Source: Candidatus Micrarchaeota archaeon (GTDB taxonomy: Archaea > Iainarchaeota > Iainarchaeia > Iainarchaeales > JAGVWC01). Taken from it: DNA of 64,000 nt. Positions 63,887 through 64,000 of this stretch are shown here, in pieces (within the stretch, counting starts at the first letter, position 1; each line of letters starts with the position of its first letter). The position numbers and the translations under genes were made by a program. The notes under the pieces are model-generated. The model saw only the letters and a list, made by a program, of their open reading frames with translations, did no database searches and was not told the origin of the DNA. The stretch is from assembly GCA_043803815.1 (NCBI GenBank), contig JAZDJR010000035.1:14069-78068 (forward strand). The letters are read 5' to 3'.

Positions 63887-64000
63887 AACCCCCTTGCACG
63901 ACCGCGGGTCTTCGCTTTTGGGCTCAGACCGCGCGGTATCGCCCCGCTACAACGCTGGAACGTCTGCCACGATTTCGACTTTGTGATGCGCTTGTTGGTC

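Noticed and set aside
1-64000. Poly-A/poly-T runs of 7-10 nt as phase-variation switches
   Set aside because: They are ubiquitous, explained by Lys/Phe codon usage (AAA/TTT), and the genes containing them are in frame.
1-64000. CRISPR array, tRNA/rRNA, integrase or transposase
   Set aside because: No regularly spaced repeats, cloverleaf or rRNA-like segments, or recombinase motifs were seen. The window is almost fully protein-coding.
63947-64000. 3' end of a minus-strand gene (DQQAHHKVEIVADVPAL*)
   Set aside because: Only 17 codons are visible at the window edge, too few to support a call.

Overview
This window looks archaeal, probably from a DPANN lineage such as Iainarchaeota/Diapherotrites. 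That is inferred from TATA/BRE promoters, GGTG/GGAG ribosome-binding sites, leaderless starts, a geranylgeranyl reductase and an archaeal-type cis-prenyltransferase. About 55 kb (1-55.6 kb) is a very large surface-glycosylation island. It encodes nucleotide-sugar enzymes (RmlABCD, Gmd, an Fcl/ColC-like SDR, a His-type PLP 3-dehydrase, Ugd, further epimerases and nucleotidyltransferases), six GT4 and six GT2 glycosyltransferases, five GT-C-like polytopic membrane proteins and three flippase-type proteins. It also encodes five class I methyltransferases, two NDP-hexose C-methyltransferases and three cobalamin-dependent radical SAM enzymes. The most notable element lies inside the island at 27.9-33.4 kb and appears to be a cobalamin-scavenging module with protein-based regulation. 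An ArsR-type HTH fused to a DUF4430 (transcobalamin beta-domain-like) domain is transcribed divergently, across a perfect 18-bp palindrome, from a four-gene operon. That operon encodes a secreted transcobalamin-architecture protein, an Ig-fold membrane anchor, a CbrT-like ECF S-component and a DUF4430 lipoprotein. Next to the regulator is an MtrA-like/ThyA-like/DUF4346 fusion whose ThyA domain appears catalytically dead. The last 8 kb hold a large Ig/FN3 surface protein, the geranylgeranyl reductase, a frameshifted secreted-protein gene, an APC permease, a DUF192 gene, a PIN/RHH toxin-antitoxin pair flanked by a duplicated DUF192 5' end, and uppS. I saw no rRNA, tRNA, CRISPR array or transposase. 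All family calls come from motif recognition by eye, not database searches.
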